Positions 45,962 to 56,501 of a stretch of 64,000 nucleotides of DNA are shown here, one piece after another; positions within the stretch are counted from its first letter, which is position 1; each line of letters begins with the position of its first letter. Under the pieces are notes generated by a model. That model saw only the letters and a list, made by a program, of their open reading frames with translations. It did not search any database and was not told the DNA's origin. Source of the DNA: Thermodesulfovibrionales bacterium (GTDB taxonomy: Bacteria > Nitrospirota > Thermodesulfovibrionia > Thermodesulfovibrionales > SM23-35). The DNA lies in NCBI GenBank assembly GCA_031082155.1, contig JAVHLL010000001.1, forward strand, positions 25,058 to 89,057, given 5' to 3'. The position numbers and the translations under genes are program-made.

Positions 45962-46960
45962 TTATTTCAAGATATAAAGCAGTATAAGGTTCAGGATATA
46001 GATAAGGACGATTCCCATCGAATCCCAGGCCAGAAATAACTGTTTTTTCTCTGCACGGTAAGTCAACCCGATAACTGCAATAGCCGTCATTGCGATAGCA
46101 GATAAAGCAGAAATAATATGATTCTGGTTCGCATATGAAAGGATCGGCCCTTTTATGAAAAATATATCGTCAATAGCAAGGATACATATATTGAAGATAT
46201 TACTTCCGAACAGATTGCCGACTGCGAGGTCAACCGCATCCATCTTCACTGCTGAAAAAGATACCACTACTTCAGGCAACGAGGTAGAAACAGCAACAAA
46301 AATATTTCCTACAAATGTCTGTCCAAGTCCTGTTATTTCTGCAATCCCTTCGCCGATCTTCGGTAGAAAAGTTGCCGCGACAATAACAATGATTGCATTC
46401 ATAACGTAATTCAGAACAGCAGTTCGCGTTGCAATATCCCTATATCTCAATTCAACAGCCTTTTCCTTCATGAGAGCGGCAATCTGTTTCTTTTCGTAAA
46501 AATAGACCAGGCGCATGGCAACCAAATAAATAATGATAAAAAATATGCTATATGGACCAATCCATCCCAACGATGCAATATAATTGCCTAAGAAGATACT
46601 GACTGATACGGTGCTAAGAAGGAGTATCCCGAAGGCAGCAGAAAGGATATTGCCCTGATGTGCCTTTGCTGAGATAGGCATAATTCGGTACTGAGCATCG
46701 AGCAATGCTATGATCAGCATATTAAAGACACAACTTCCAAGCACGTCACCTACAGCAATATCCGGCACTCCTGCGAATGTTACAGAACTTATTCCCGTCA
46801 CAAGTTCAGGGAGTGAAGTGACAGAGGCCATGAGAACCATGCCTGTCCATGCCCTTCCAAGCCCTGTCTTTTCAGCAATAATATCCCCATATTTTGACAG
46901 TTTTATTCCTGAATAAACGATTGCAGCTGTGCAAATTATAAAACCAAGCCAGAGCAGCAC
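45962..46960 (-). CDS. CaCA-family cation (Ca2+/Na+) antiporter
   Basis: 332 aa. The two alpha-repeat motifs are GDVLGSCVFNMLIIA and GNLFGSNIFNICILA. Confidence 0.85.
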   Translation of the reverse strand: MLLWLGFIICTAAIVYSGIKLSKYGDIIAEKTGLGRAWTGMVLMASVTSLPELVTGISSVTFAGVPDIAVGDVLGSCVFNMLIIALLDAQYRIMPISAKAHQGNILSAAFGILLLSTVSVSIFLGNYIASLGWIGPYSIFFIIIYLVAMRLVYFYEKKQIAALMKEKAVELRYRDIATRTAVLNYVMNAIIVIVAATFLPKIGEGIAEITGLGQTFVGNIFVAVSTSLPEVVVSFSAVKMDAVDLAVGNLFGSNIFNICILAIDDIFFIKGPILSYANQNHIISALSAIAMTAIAVIGLTYRAEKKQLFLAWDSMGIVLIYILNLILLYILK

Positions 46961-47202
46961 TATTTCCCTCCTTTAAAATAATACATGCCCATCATTTTTT
47001 CTGTACTATTTCAATAATACTCCATCCACTATTTAAATTTGAAATCAGGGACAGATCCTTTATTCTGCTTCAAGGAATAAGATTTTGCTCTGATTCTGTC
47101 GATGTGCTGCAGAAAATTGTGAGAATCTGCAGCAGCTTGAATAGTGAACTTCCCAGATGTTCCCTGCGAAAAACAATGAAATGTATTGTGAGTCTGACGG
47201 GG

Positions 47203-47832
47203 TTACTTTTCCAGGATGCCTGTTTTTATTGCATACCTTACAAGGTCGGCGGTTGTATGGACGTCGAGTTTTTGCATGATATTCGTCCGGTGGGTTTCCA
47301 CAGTTTTAACGCTAATAAACAGTTGACTGGCAATCTGTTTATTGGTGAACCCGGATGCGATGAGCTTTAATACTTCGCGTTCGCGGGTGGTGAGCGCATG
47401 GGCCTCTTTCCCCTCTTCAGAGGAAGCTTTCATCAGCCTCTCGGAAACCGAAGGGCTGATAAAGGTCCAGCCTGCGGAGACGGCTTTGACCGCATAGAGC
47501 AGATCCTCAAAGGCGTTGTCCTTGAGAACGTAACCGGATGCTTTCAGTTGCAGCGCCCTCCTGGCAGTGAGGGTCTCGTTATGCATGGTGAGGAAAATAA
47601 CCTTTGTGGGGATTCCCGTGCTCTGAATCTTCTGGAGGATCTCGAAGCCGTCAAGCCCCGGCATCGATATGTCGAGAATGGCGATATCTGGTTTCTCCCT
47701 GAGAATGAGATCAAGGGTTTCCGTCCCTCCACCCGCTTCTCCGATGACCGACAGGTCCGGTGCGGATTTCAGCAGATTCAGGAGCCCCTGTCTGAATATG
47801 ACATGATCGTCTGCGATAATAACCCTGGTCAT
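47203..47832 (-). CDS. NarL/LuxR-family response regulator
   Basis: REC (VIIADDH...IAILDISMPGLDG) plus a LuxR HTH (LTTREREVLKLIASGFTNKQIASQLFISVKTVETHR). Confidence 0.92.
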   Translation of the reverse strand: MTRVIIADDHVIFRQGLLNLLKSAPDLSVIGEAGGGTETLDLILREKPDIAILDISMPGLDGFEILQKIQSTGIPTKVIFLTMHNETLTARRALQLKASGYVLKDNAFEDLLYAVKAVSAGWTFISPSVSERLMKASSEEGKEAHALTTREREVLKLIASGFTNKQIASQLFISVKTVETHRTNIMQKLDVHTTADLVRYAIKTGILEK

Positions 47833-49676
47833 TTGAGTGGCACCTCGATAAAGATATTTGTCCCTATTTTATCAGAACTCTTTATCCTAATTATACCGCC
47901 GAGCAATTCGACCCTCTCTCTTATTGTATACAGTCCTAACCCATGGTCTTCTGTTTCGGGGCTGATGCGGGCGAAGCCCCTCCCGTTGTCCCGGATCTCC
48001 AAAGTAAGAAAATGTGCATCCTGTTTTAGGAGCACATCGACGATAGTTGCTTCCGAATGTTTCACTGCATTGTTCAGCGCCTCCTGAAATATCCGGTAGA
48101 AGTTTTCCTTGATCTTCGGACTCATATCGATTGTTTCTCCTGCGGTAATATTAATCTCAATCCCGGAACGTTCCTGTACTTTCCGCGCATGCCAGGTGAT
48201 GGCCTCTACAAGGCCCGTATTTTCGAGGAAAGAGGGTCTGAGATCCATGGACACCGCCCGCAGTTCGTCAATGACCTGGGTTATCTCCGATATGAGTTCG
48301 GGGAAAGCCTTTCTGTCAACCGGCATGCCGTCCTTTACCTGTGCTTCGAGCAATTGCAGTTTCAATTTTGTTGCAAGCAGTGAAGTACCGATGCCGTCAT
48401 GAAGTCCTCTCGCGAGCCTCTTCCGCTCTTTTTCATGGGCATCGAATATTTTTACCGAAGCAGACTGCAGTTCCCTGATCCTCGTGTAACGGGAGGTGAG
48501 CGCATACACCACGCAGATCATGAAAAAGGCGGTTGCATAGTCCCAGAGGAAAAACCCCGTAATCTGGAGCAGATCGAACCCTCCAAACGATTCAAGCACG
48601 AATCCCACAATCAGGCCCGTGATTCCGAGCAGGATGGTGCCTGATTCATAGAATTTCCTGACAAAGGCCTTGATCGCAATAAAAACCAGGAACGAAGCGG
48701 TCACGAGGAAAAGCACTTTCCAGAAGGTATAGATATAGATCCTCGCGGTATAGGAAGTGAAAAAGAGGGTGAGCGCCGCTATGCAGAAGAATGCCGCGGG
48801 AATCGCCCGTATGGGAGCTTTAAATTTTTCCTTGTAGAAGTGAAGAAGGAGCAGGAGCAGGCTTGCGGGGAGGAGCGCGGAAATTATGTTGATTGCCTTC
48901 TGTATGGTCCGGGTCTTCATCCCGGTATCATAGAATGTGACGCTCCCGAGAAAGAAAAGCGTACCATAGAGTGTTATGAAGAGCCAGAAATAAAAATATT
49001 CCCTGTCCCTCAGTCCCTTGATATAGAAGAAAAGACAGGCAAGGAAGAACAAGGAGAAGAAGGTAAAAAAACAGAATTCCCATATCAGGGTATTCTTGTA
49101 TTTTTGCAGCTTCACGATCAGAAGGTCCTTATATCCGCCGATATGTATCCCCCGGTCAAAAATACCCCCATTGAGATAGGTATTCATCACGCGGACGGCA
49201 AGGACGTTGTCTCCCCCGTAGTTGATATGCTCACGGGGAATATTGTAAAGCCTGTTGATTTTTGATGCTTCAATAAACGGTTCACCGATCAGGCCTTCTC
49301 CTCCAATCTTCATGCCGTTGAAAAAGACTTCGTCAGCGTCGCCGATTCTTCCGAGGAAGACCGCGGCCTGGACATTTTTGAAGCTCTCGGGAACAGTGCA
49401 ATGGATCCTGTACCATCCTATCCCGTTTGCCGCACGGATTCCCTGGGACTGCCAGCTCCCGGGGATGGCAATCTGTTCCCACCGGGAATCGTCATATGAA
49501 GGAGATGCATAGACGGAGTTGTCATCAGGGGAAAATTTATGGATGCCATCAAGCACTAGGGTGAAATCATTAGGTTCTGCCTGGAGGGGACAATCAAAGA
49601 AAAGAATACTCATGAACAAAAAAACCAGGATTATCCTTTTCACTGTTCCTGCAATCATATAATTACCATTCTTCAC
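47829..49676 (-). CDS. 7TM-DISM-type sensor histidine kinase (HisKA_3 class)
   Basis: Signal peptide, then an extracytoplasmic beta-sandwich-like domain (GWYRIHCTVP...FLGRIGDADEVFFNG) and about 7 TM helices. The H-box is LARGLHDGIGTSL. HATPase is present (NAVKHS, DNGRGF, GLGLYTIRERV). The gene overlaps the RR gene by 4 nt. Confidence 0.85.
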   Translation of the reverse strand: MKNGNYMIAGTVKRIILVFLFMSILFFDCPLQAEPNDFTLVLDGIHKFSPDDNSVYASPSYDDSRWEQIAIPGSWQSQGIRAANGIGWYRIHCTVPESFKNVQAAVFLGRIGDADEVFFNGMKIGGEGLIGEPFIEASKINRLYNIPREHINYGGDNVLAVRVMNTYLNGGIFDRGIHIGGYKDLLIVKLQKYKNTLIWEFCFFTFFSLFFLACLFFYIKGLRDREYFYFWLFITLYGTLFFLGSVTFYDTGMKTRTIQKAINIISALLPASLLLLLLHFYKEKFKAPIRAIPAAFFCIAALTLFFTSYTARIYIYTFWKVLFLVTASFLVFIAIKAFVRKFYESGTILLGITGLIVGFVLESFGGFDLLQITGFFLWDYATAFFMICVVYALTSRYTRIRELQSASVKIFDAHEKERKRLARGLHDGIGTSLLATKLKLQLLEAQVKDGMPVDRKAFPELISEITQVIDELRAVSMDLRPSFLENTGLVEAITWHARKVQERSGIEINITAGETIDMSPKIKENFYRIFQEALNNAVKHSEATIVDVLLKQDAHFLTLEIRDNGRGFARISPETEDHGLGLYTIRERVELLGGIIRIKSSDKIGTNIFIEVPLK

Positions 49677-49748
49677 CCTGCCATAGCAGGTTCATCCCTG
49701 AAAAAAGAATGACAGCAGTCCGGACCCTATCTTCCTGCCTGAGCATCA

Positions 49749-51734
49749 TTATATCTCCCCTGAAAAATATGTGAGAGCGTTATTCATATTTTCCCTGTCA
49801 CCTGTATAGAGCAGGAAATCACCAGTTTTCAGTCTGAAATCAGGCTCAGGGTTTGAATGTACCGTCTTCCCCCTTCTTACGGCGATAATGGTAACCCCGG
49901 TTTTTTTTCTGACCTGTAGTTCCTTGATCGTTTTTTCATCAAGATAAGACATTTCGTCAACCCGGTAACCGTCTATTTCTATCTCAGGCAGCCATTCATA
50001 TTTTTCAAAAAGATGCCGTCTCGGCACTTCAACGCTTCTCAATGCCGTGTAACTGTTGCTTCTGATTTTTCCCACCATGTCGAGTATCGCATTTCTGGGA
50101 AAACTGTAGCGGTGCAAAACTCGCGAAAAAATCTCGATAGATGTTTCGAACTCTTCGGGTATCACCTCATCCGCTCCGAGCGATTTAAGTTCATCTACTT
50201 CAACGAGATAGCGCGTTCTTACAATGATATAAATCTGCTGGTTTGCATGTCTGGCTATGGAAACGATCCTTCTTGTAGATACAGGGTCTGAAATCGCAAT
50301 CACCAGAAGCCTGGCTTTTTCGATGCTCAATTTATGGAGTATTTCCTGGCTTGTTCCATCACCGTAAAAGATAGGCTCACCTTTTTTTCTCATCTCCCTT
50401 ATGGTATCACTGTTCATTTCGAGAACAACATAGGGGACCTCAGCTTCTTTCAAAACTGTAGCAAGATTTCTGCCGTTGAGACCGAACCCCACAATGATGA
50501 CATGATCGTGTCTTCTTCGCGGGCTTCCCTCACCCTCCGAAGTCTTCCTTTTTCTGTTTAATTGTTTCAGTAAAGGGTTTTTCGCGACCCATTCAGATGC
50601 TGATGGAGCAGCATTCAACATGAACGGGGTTATTATCATCGTCACGACAGAAGAGGAAAGAAAAATCTGATAGAATTCTTCTGGGATCAGTCCCGAAGCC
50701 TTGCCGGCGCCTGCAAGCACGAAGGAGAACTCCCCGATCTGAGCAAGCCCCAGACCGGTAAAGACGGAAGGCCGCAGAGCACTCCCTGTCAAAAGGGCGG
50801 ATACTGTTCCTGTAACGATTTTCAATATGACTATCAGTGTAACGACCTGGGTTATTCTGAACCCGTTCCCGATTACAAACCCGGTATCCATCAGCATTCC
50901 TATGGATACGAAAAAAAGGCCCATGAAACTGTCCTTGAAAGGCAATATATCCGAAATGGCCTGATGGGCATACTCTGATTCGGATATGATAAGGCCTGCC
51001 AGAAAAGCGCCGAGGGCAAGAGAGAGGCCGAACTTCGATGTCAGTAGCGCTATCCCGAGACAGAGGAGGATAATAGTTGTCAGGAAAAGTTCCCGGCTTT
51101 TTGTGCGAACAACCTGGTGGAGCAGGGAGGGAACCAACCATCTGGCGCTCAATAAAACAACTCCTATGATTACAGCCGCCTTGCCCATCTTCACTCCTAC
51201 ATCAATGATGTCGATCCCTTCCCCCGACAGAACCGGAACAAGGAGCATAAGCGGCACGATACAGAGGTCCTGGAATATGAGTATTCCAACCATGGTGTGG
51301 CCGTGAGGCGAGTCTATTTCACCTCTCTCAGTGAGCAACTTCAGGACTATTGCGGTGCTGCTCAGGGCATAGAGAAAGCCAAAAAAGAGCGATTTGTTAA
51401 TATCCTCTATAGCGAGGTAAGTAAGCACAGCCGATACTCCTATGGTCAGCAGCACCTGTGCTCCGCCTCCACCCAAAACAGCCTTCTTGATCCTGAAGAG
51501 CTTTGCAATGGAAAACTCGATGCCGATTGTGAAGAGAAGAAGTATTACGCCAATTTCCGCGAGTATCTGTATGAAGTGGATATCTTTTATCAGCCCGACG
51601 CCATGTGGTCCGATGATGATTCCGGCTACGATGAACCCGATCAGCGACGGGATCTTCAGCTTGTACAGTAGCAGGATTACCGCCGCGGATGCGATGAAGA
51701 TCACTTCCAATGATTTCAGAAATTCATATTCCAT
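49749..51734 (-). CDS. CPA2-family cation:proton antiporter with RCK (TrkA-N/TrkA-C) domains
   Basis: The N-terminal Na_H_exchanger-type membrane domain is followed by VIIVGFGLNGRNLA (Rossmann) and a C-terminal TrkA-C-like segment. Confidence 0.9.
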   Translation of the reverse strand: MEYEFLKSLEVIFIASAAVILLLYKLKIPSLIGFIVAGIIIGPHGVGLIKDIHFIQILAEIGVILLLFTIGIEFSIAKLFRIKKAVLGGGGAQVLLTIGVSAVLTYLAIEDINKSLFFGFLYALSSTAIVLKLLTERGEIDSPHGHTMVGILIFQDLCIVPLMLLVPVLSGEGIDIIDVGVKMGKAAVIIGVVLLSARWLVPSLLHQVVRTKSRELFLTTIILLCLGIALLTSKFGLSLALGAFLAGLIISESEYAHQAISDILPFKDSFMGLFFVSIGMLMDTGFVIGNGFRITQVVTLIVILKIVTGTVSALLTGSALRPSVFTGLGLAQIGEFSFVLAGAGKASGLIPEEFYQIFLSSSVVTMIITPFMLNAAPSASEWVAKNPLLKQLNRKRKTSEGEGSPRRRHDHVIIVGFGLNGRNLATVLKEAEVPYVVLEMNSDTIREMRKKGEPIFYGDGTSQEILHKLSIEKARLLVIAISDPVSTRRIVSIARHANQQIYIIVRTRYLVEVDELKSLGADEVIPEEFETSIEIFSRVLHRYSFPRNAILDMVGKIRSNSYTALRSVEVPRRHLFEKYEWLPEIEIDGYRVDEMSYLDEKTIKELQVRKKTGVTIIAVRRGKTVHSNPEPDFRLKTGDFLLYTGDRENMNNALTYFSGEI

Positions 51735-51833
51735 AGTCTTTCACCCGCAACGCGACAGAGAAAGCTTAAAAAATTATTTTGCGCGATGATTTGTTTGAAA
51801 ATATTTCTGCAAAAGAGAAGCTGCTCTTTCTCA

Positions 51834-52730
51834 TCAGGGCTTGTAATCCGGATACTTCGATTCCATGAGGGTATTGATCCGGTCGTCCAGGTCCGGATGG
51901 GTTGCAAAGAGCGCTGCGAGCCCGCGTTTTTTCCCTCCGGAAATTCCGAATGCTGCCATCTGGTCAGGGAGATGAGGTTGTTGAATGGATGCTTTCAAAG
52001 ACTCGAGTGCACCTATCATCGGTTTTTTGCCGACAAAATCTGCAGCACCGCTGTCTGCACGGTACTCCCTTCTTCTCGAAAACCAGAAGACGATTATTGA
52101 AGCCAGTATCGAGAGGAATATCTCTGCGATGATTGTGGTTACCCAAAAGCCTATCCCGTGCCCTCTCTCATTTCTGAATATTACCCTATCGACTGTATAG
52201 CCGATAATACGCGCGAAGAAAATGACAAAAGTGTTCACAATACCCTGTATGAGAGCGAGGGTTATCATGTCTCCGTTTTGAATATGCGCCACTTCATGTG
52301 CCAGTACCGCCCGTATTTTCTCTTTGTCCATACGACGCAGCATCCCGCTCGAGACAGCGACGAGAGAATTGTTCCGCTTCATGCCTGTTGCAAAGGCATT
52401 CATGTCATCAGAGGGATATACGGCAACCTCGGGCATGCCAATGCCGGCACTGGAAGCAAGCTCTCCTATTGTTCTTACAAGCCAACGTTCTGCTTCGTTT
52501 GCAGGTGAAGTTATCACCTGGGCCCTTGTCAGTCTTTTTGCGCTCCACTTGGAGAGCGCAAGACTTATGAATGCCCCGCCCATACCGAAAACTGCCGCAA
52601 ATATAAGCAGTGACTGATAATTCAGTCCGTAAGCGGTCAGATATGGTTCAACGCCAAGAATTCTCAGCACAATCCCCAGAACTATTACTATCGCAAGGTT
52701 GGTTATCAAGAAATATATTACTCTGCGCAT
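51834..52730 (-). CDS. htpX: zinc metalloprotease HtpX (M48)
   Basis: The HEVAHIQNGD HExxH motif, TM helices, and the N-terminal MRRVIYFLITNLAIV typical of HtpX. Confidence 0.9.
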   Translation of the reverse strand: MRRVIYFLITNLAIVIVLGIVLRILGVEPYLTAYGLNYQSLLIFAAVFGMGGAFISLALSKWSAKRLTRAQVITSPANEAERWLVRTIGELASSAGIGMPEVAVYPSDDMNAFATGMKRNNSLVAVSSGMLRRMDKEKIRAVLAHEVAHIQNGDMITLALIQGIVNTFVIFFARIIGYTVDRVIFRNERGHGIGFWVTTIIAEIFLSILASIIVFWFSRRREYRADSGAADFVGKKPMIGALESLKASIQQPHLPDQMAAFGISGGKKRGLAALFATHPDLDDRINTLMESKYPDYKP

Positions 52731-52875
52731 TGTTCCCTCCTTTTGAAAACATTACTTGCCGGCTTTTTATGCTGCCGGGAAGCATGGTTATCACGCCTGA
52801 TCTTTCTTAGGATATTACAGGGTCTCATTCTGTGATTTTCTGATTGCTCATTTTTACTGATGAGTCATCGATGCT

Positions 52876-54825
52876 TTATTTTTGAGAACCTTCTTGCTTA
52901 AAAAACAATATTCCGAGGGGCGGCAGGGTAAGAGAAAGCGAATGGTGCCTGCCGTGAGAGGGAACCGGCGATGCCTCAAGTCCTCCTGCGTTTCCATGTC
53001 CGCTCCCGCTGTATACCGGCGCATCGCTGTTCAAAACCTCTTTCCAGAAGCCGCTCTTGGGTACACCGATCCGGTAGTGATACCTGGGAATCGGGGTCAT
53101 ATTGCAAATGACAAGGATCAGGGCATCGGGGCTGTTTCCTTTTCTGATAAAACTGATGACGCTCTCTTCCCAGTTATGGAAGTCGATCCACTGAAACCCT
53201 TCGTTACTGAAATCAAGTTCATAGAGCGCCCGTTCGGTTTTATAGAGATGATTGAGGTCTTTTACCCATCTCTGCACCCCCTGGTGATATGGATATTCAA
53301 GGGTATGCCATTCAAGGCTTTCCTCATGGTTCCATTCCTTCCACTGGGCGATTTCTCCCCCCATAAAGAGAAGTTTCTTCCCGGGATGTCCGTACATGTA
53401 CCCATAGAGAAGACGCAGATTCGCAAATTTCTGCCATTCGTCTCCCGACATCTTGCCGAAGAGTGACCCTTTGCCATGGACTACCTCGTCATGGGAGAGC
53501 GGGAGGATGAAGTTTTCTGAAAATGCATACCAAATGCTGAAGGTAAGCTGATTGTGGTGGTACTTTCTGAACACTGGGTCGTTCGAAAAATAGTCGAGTG
53601 TGTCATGCATCCAGCCCATATTCCATTTCATGCCGAATCCGAGTCCGCCGACATATGCAGGTCTCGAAACCATCGGCCAGGAGGTAGACTCCTCTGCAAT
53701 GGTCTGGACGTCTTCCAGGGAACTTGCATATATCCTCTCGTTAAATCTCTTGAGGAAATGAATGGCCTCGATATTTTCTTTCCCCCCGTATTCGTTCGGT
53801 ATCCACTCGCCTTCCTTCCTCCCGTAATCAAGATAAAGTATTGAAGCGACCGCATCGACCCTGAGCCCGTCGATATGGTATTTCTCGATCCAGAAGGTGG
53901 CGCTGCTGACGAGGAAGTTTCTTACCTCATTTCTGCCGTAATTAAAAATGTAGCTTTTCCAGTCGGGATGAAATCCTTTTTTCGGATCTTCATGTTCGTA
54001 AAGGTGTGTTCCATCGAAATAGATAAGTCCGTGTTCATCATCCGGGAAGTGAGAGGGAACCCAGTCAAGCACGACACTGATCCCATTCCGGTGGAGATGG
54101 TCCACAAGATACATGAAGTCCTGCGGAGTCCCGTACCTGCTCGTAGGCGCGAAAAAACCGGTTATCTGATATCCCCAGGAACCGTAAAAAGGATGTTCCA
54201 TTACCGGGAGTAGCTCTATATGGGTGAATCCCATCTCTTGTATATAATCGGCCAGGGAATGGGCGAGTTCACGGTAAGTGAGATACCTGTTCCCCTCTTC
54301 AGGTACCCTCCTCCAGGAGCCGGGGTGCAATTCATATATCGACCACGGGGCATTCAGCGCATTCTGTGAATGCCGCGAGACCATCCATTCACTATCATTC
54401 CATGTGTATTCCATGTCCCAGACAATCGAGGCGGTTTTTGGCGGGGGTTCACAGTGAAAGGCAAAGGGATCGCATTTTTCGACCTCGTAATTGTTGTGCC
54501 GCGAGGTGATGTGGTATTTATAAACAGTTCCATGCCCGATATCAGGGATAAACCCTTCCCATATGCCGGAACCGTCCCACCTTACTGCCATCGGATGTGA
54601 CTTTTTGTTCCACCCGTTAAAATCACCGATCACAGAAACTTTCTCTGCGTTCGGAGCCCAGACAGCGAATACCGTTCCGTGTTTCCTGTCAACTTTGATG
54701 CTGTGTGAACCGAGTTTATGGTGAAGGCCGAAATGGGCCCCTTCCTTGAAGAGATAAATATCATGTTCGGTGAGGAGGCTCACCCCGTGTATGATCTTCT
54801 GAACTTTTTTCTTTTTTGTGCTCAT
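52876..54825 (-). CDS. glgB: 1,4-alpha-glucan branching enzyme
   Basis: 649 aa. GH13 regions [31 protein letters not shown] and [11 protein letters not shown]. Confidence 0.95.
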   Translation of the reverse strand: MSTKKKKVQKIIHGVSLLTEHDIYLFKEGAHFGLHHKLGSHSIKVDRKHGTVFAVWAPNAEKVSVIGDFNGWNKKSHPMAVRWDGSGIWEGFIPDIGHGTVYKYHITSRHNNYEVEKCDPFAFHCEPPPKTASIVWDMEYTWNDSEWMVSRHSQNALNAPWSIYELHPGSWRRVPEEGNRYLTYRELAHSLADYIQEMGFTHIELLPVMEHPFYGSWGYQITGFFAPTSRYGTPQDFMYLVDHLHRNGISVVLDWVPSHFPDDEHGLIYFDGTHLYEHEDPKKGFHPDWKSYIFNYGRNEVRNFLVSSATFWIEKYHIDGLRVDAVASILYLDYGRKEGEWIPNEYGGKENIEAIHFLKRFNERIYASSLEDVQTIAEESTSWPMVSRPAYVGGLGFGMKWNMGWMHDTLDYFSNDPVFRKYHHNQLTFSIWYAFSENFILPLSHDEVVHGKGSLFGKMSGDEWQKFANLRLLYGYMYGHPGKKLLFMGGEIAQWKEWNHEESLEWHTLEYPYHQGVQRWVKDLNHLYKTERALYELDFSNEGFQWIDFHNWEESVISFIRKGNSPDALILVICNMTPIPRYHYRIGVPKSGFWKEVLNSDAPVYSGSGHGNAGGLEASPVPSHGRHHSLSLTLPPLGILFFKQEGSQK

Positions 54826-54998
54826 CGTTTTTCCTCCAGTAAAGGGTGAATGCCGTTCAGAGGAATAATGACCCCGTCAGGGGGTTTTTTCAGTTCATGC
54901 CCGATTTTATAGATCGCTTCTCCCATCCGATATCAGATTTCGCGTCCCTTTCTGTAACCTTTCTCTTGGTTAACCTTTACTCTTTTTATCGCAGTGCG

Positions 54999-55715
54999 TT
55001 ATTGAATCTTGAGCACCTTTTTCTTCGACTTCAGGACTATGTATGACTTGTCCGGAACAATATAATTGCCGTCCGGGGCATGCACCTGAATCCCGGTAAT
55101 CATGGCATAATCACTCTTTGAGGTATCCACCACTTTTCCGATGGCATGTTCAAGGTCTTCCTGGATAACTTTGCGGGTTATCTGCGTGAGTTCAAGAAGA
55201 CTCGGGATGTCGCCATAGGTTATTTCCTTGATCAGTCTCCTTTTCAGAAGGCTCTCCTCTATGTCTTCTTCATCAATCTTAATATGGAGCTTGCCGGTGT
55301 AGAGTTCATCAAGGAACAGACAGAGCGCTCCGCAGGCGCTTGAGGCCTCCTTGATCCCCTTCCGCTTGCAGAATCCGGTCTTGCCGCCCTCATCGACCGC
55401 GATATGGGGGATGACATAGAACACATACCGTTCCCTCTTACCCACTCTCGGGGCATGATGAATTGCCGCCATCAGCCCTGTCTTGCCTGCGGTGAACATG
55501 CCGGCAAGGCTCGAAAAATTAAACGCTTCTCCCCATTTGCGTTTTATATGACTGCGGAGCGACTGGGAAATTTCATCCCTGCATACACACACAGAGGCAA
55601 GCGAGTTCTCTGCGGAAAACCCAAATTTCTCTAACGCAGCATACGTCTTCTGGATAAAATTCTGTTCGGTAAAAAATACGCTGAAATACTGTTTGATGAC
55701 GTGGTCAGGTGCCAT
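54999..55715 (-). CDS. conserved hypothetical; possible LCIB-like beta-carbonic-anhydrase-fold protein
   Basis: 238 aa from ATG 55715 (RBS GGAGG). It has a CRDE motif, then His 58 residues later and Cys 23 residues after that (VCVCRDE...VIPHIAVDEGG...SSACGALC). This resembles the Cys-His-Cys zinc site of LCIB-family proteins as I recall them. Not verified. Confidence 0.4.
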   Translation of the reverse strand: MAPDHVIKQYFSVFFTEQNFIQKTYAALEKFGFSAENSLASVCVCRDEISQSLRSHIKRKWGEAFNFSSLAGMFTAGKTGLMAAIHHAPRVGKRERYVFYVIPHIAVDEGGKTGFCKRKGIKEASSACGALCLFLDELYTGKLHIKIDEEDIEESLLKRRLIKEITYGDIPSLLELTQITRKVIQEDLEHAIGKVVDTSKSDYAMITGIQVHAPDGNYIVPDKSYIVLKSKKKVLKIQ

Positions 55716-55963
55716 AGATCCTCCATAAAAAATTAGGTATAGTTCAGGAAAAGGCACAGGGACGGGGAAACTCCTCAGCCCCTGTGCTTCCCCCCATCTC
55801 GTTGTATAACTGCTGCGCTTTCTGTCTCAATCCGGGAATATTCTTTTTCTCCGTCTTGAACCATATTAGCATAAATCTCCAGAGAAGAAATGTTCGGCAA
55901 TGACTTTTCGGGTGGTGGCTACAGTGACCCTTCCGGTTTCTTTTTATCTGCCATATGAACCTG

Positions 55964-56485
55964 CTATTCCCGCGTGATTGCGTTGGATATTTCATCGAAG
56001 ACCTCAACCATGCGGACAAGACCGACGAACTTCTTCTTGTTCTCAAGTACAGGCAGCAAAACGAGATTATGGTGGATCATGAGAAATGCCGCCTTGGTCA
56101 CCGGGTCGTTGGGATCGGCAAAATATTTTGCAGGAGACATTACCTCGCTCACCGGTTTCTCTGCAAGTTCCTTCGATTTCTTTGTGAACAGGGAATCCCA
56201 GATGAATGCCAGCCCCCTCTCGTCCTCTTCAGGTACCTGGGCTTTTGTGGTGGCGTGCATGAACCTCGGTTCAAGTCCCTTCAGGAGATCTTTGAGCGTA
56301 AGGGTTCCCATAAGATTATATTTCTCGTCAAATACGAGAATTGCCAGAGGTTCCGGGTAGTTTCTGGTGCTGATGAAAGAGATCTTGATAATCCTCACCG
56401 CCTGGTTGATTGAAAACCAGTAGGGGATATGAGGGTACTCGAAAATGCCGGTCATCAAATCTTTTACGAGTTTGCCGTCTGACAT
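55964..56485 (-). CDS. CBS-pair domain protein (173 aa), type 1, third copy
   Basis: MSDGKLVKDLMTGIFEYPHIPYWFSINQAVRIIKISFIS... It is clearly paralogous to 35952 and 41097. RBS AAGGAGGG. Confidence 0.85.
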   Translation of the reverse strand: MSDGKLVKDLMTGIFEYPHIPYWFSINQAVRIIKISFISTRNYPEPLAILVFDEKYNLMGTLTLKDLLKGLEPRFMHATTKAQVPEEDERGLAFIWDSLFTKKSKELAEKPVSEVMSPAKYFADPNDPVTKAAFLMIHHNLVLLPVLENKKKFVGLVRMVEVFDEISNAITRE

Positions 56486-56501
56486 AAACCCTCCTTAATT
56501 T

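Noticed and set aside
47104-47136. An inverted repeat TGCTGCAGA-N12-TCTGCAGCA downstream of the LuxR-type regulator gene.
   Set aside because: There is no U-tract on the transcribed strand and only a single occurrence. I could not distinguish it from chance or from a weak terminator.
54875-54900. A short hairpin ACCCC-GTCA-GGGGT followed by a T-run on the plus strand, between the LCIB-like gene and glgB.
   Set aside because: The T-run is on the wrong strand for the flanking minus-strand genes and the stem is only 5 bp. This is not convincing as a terminator.
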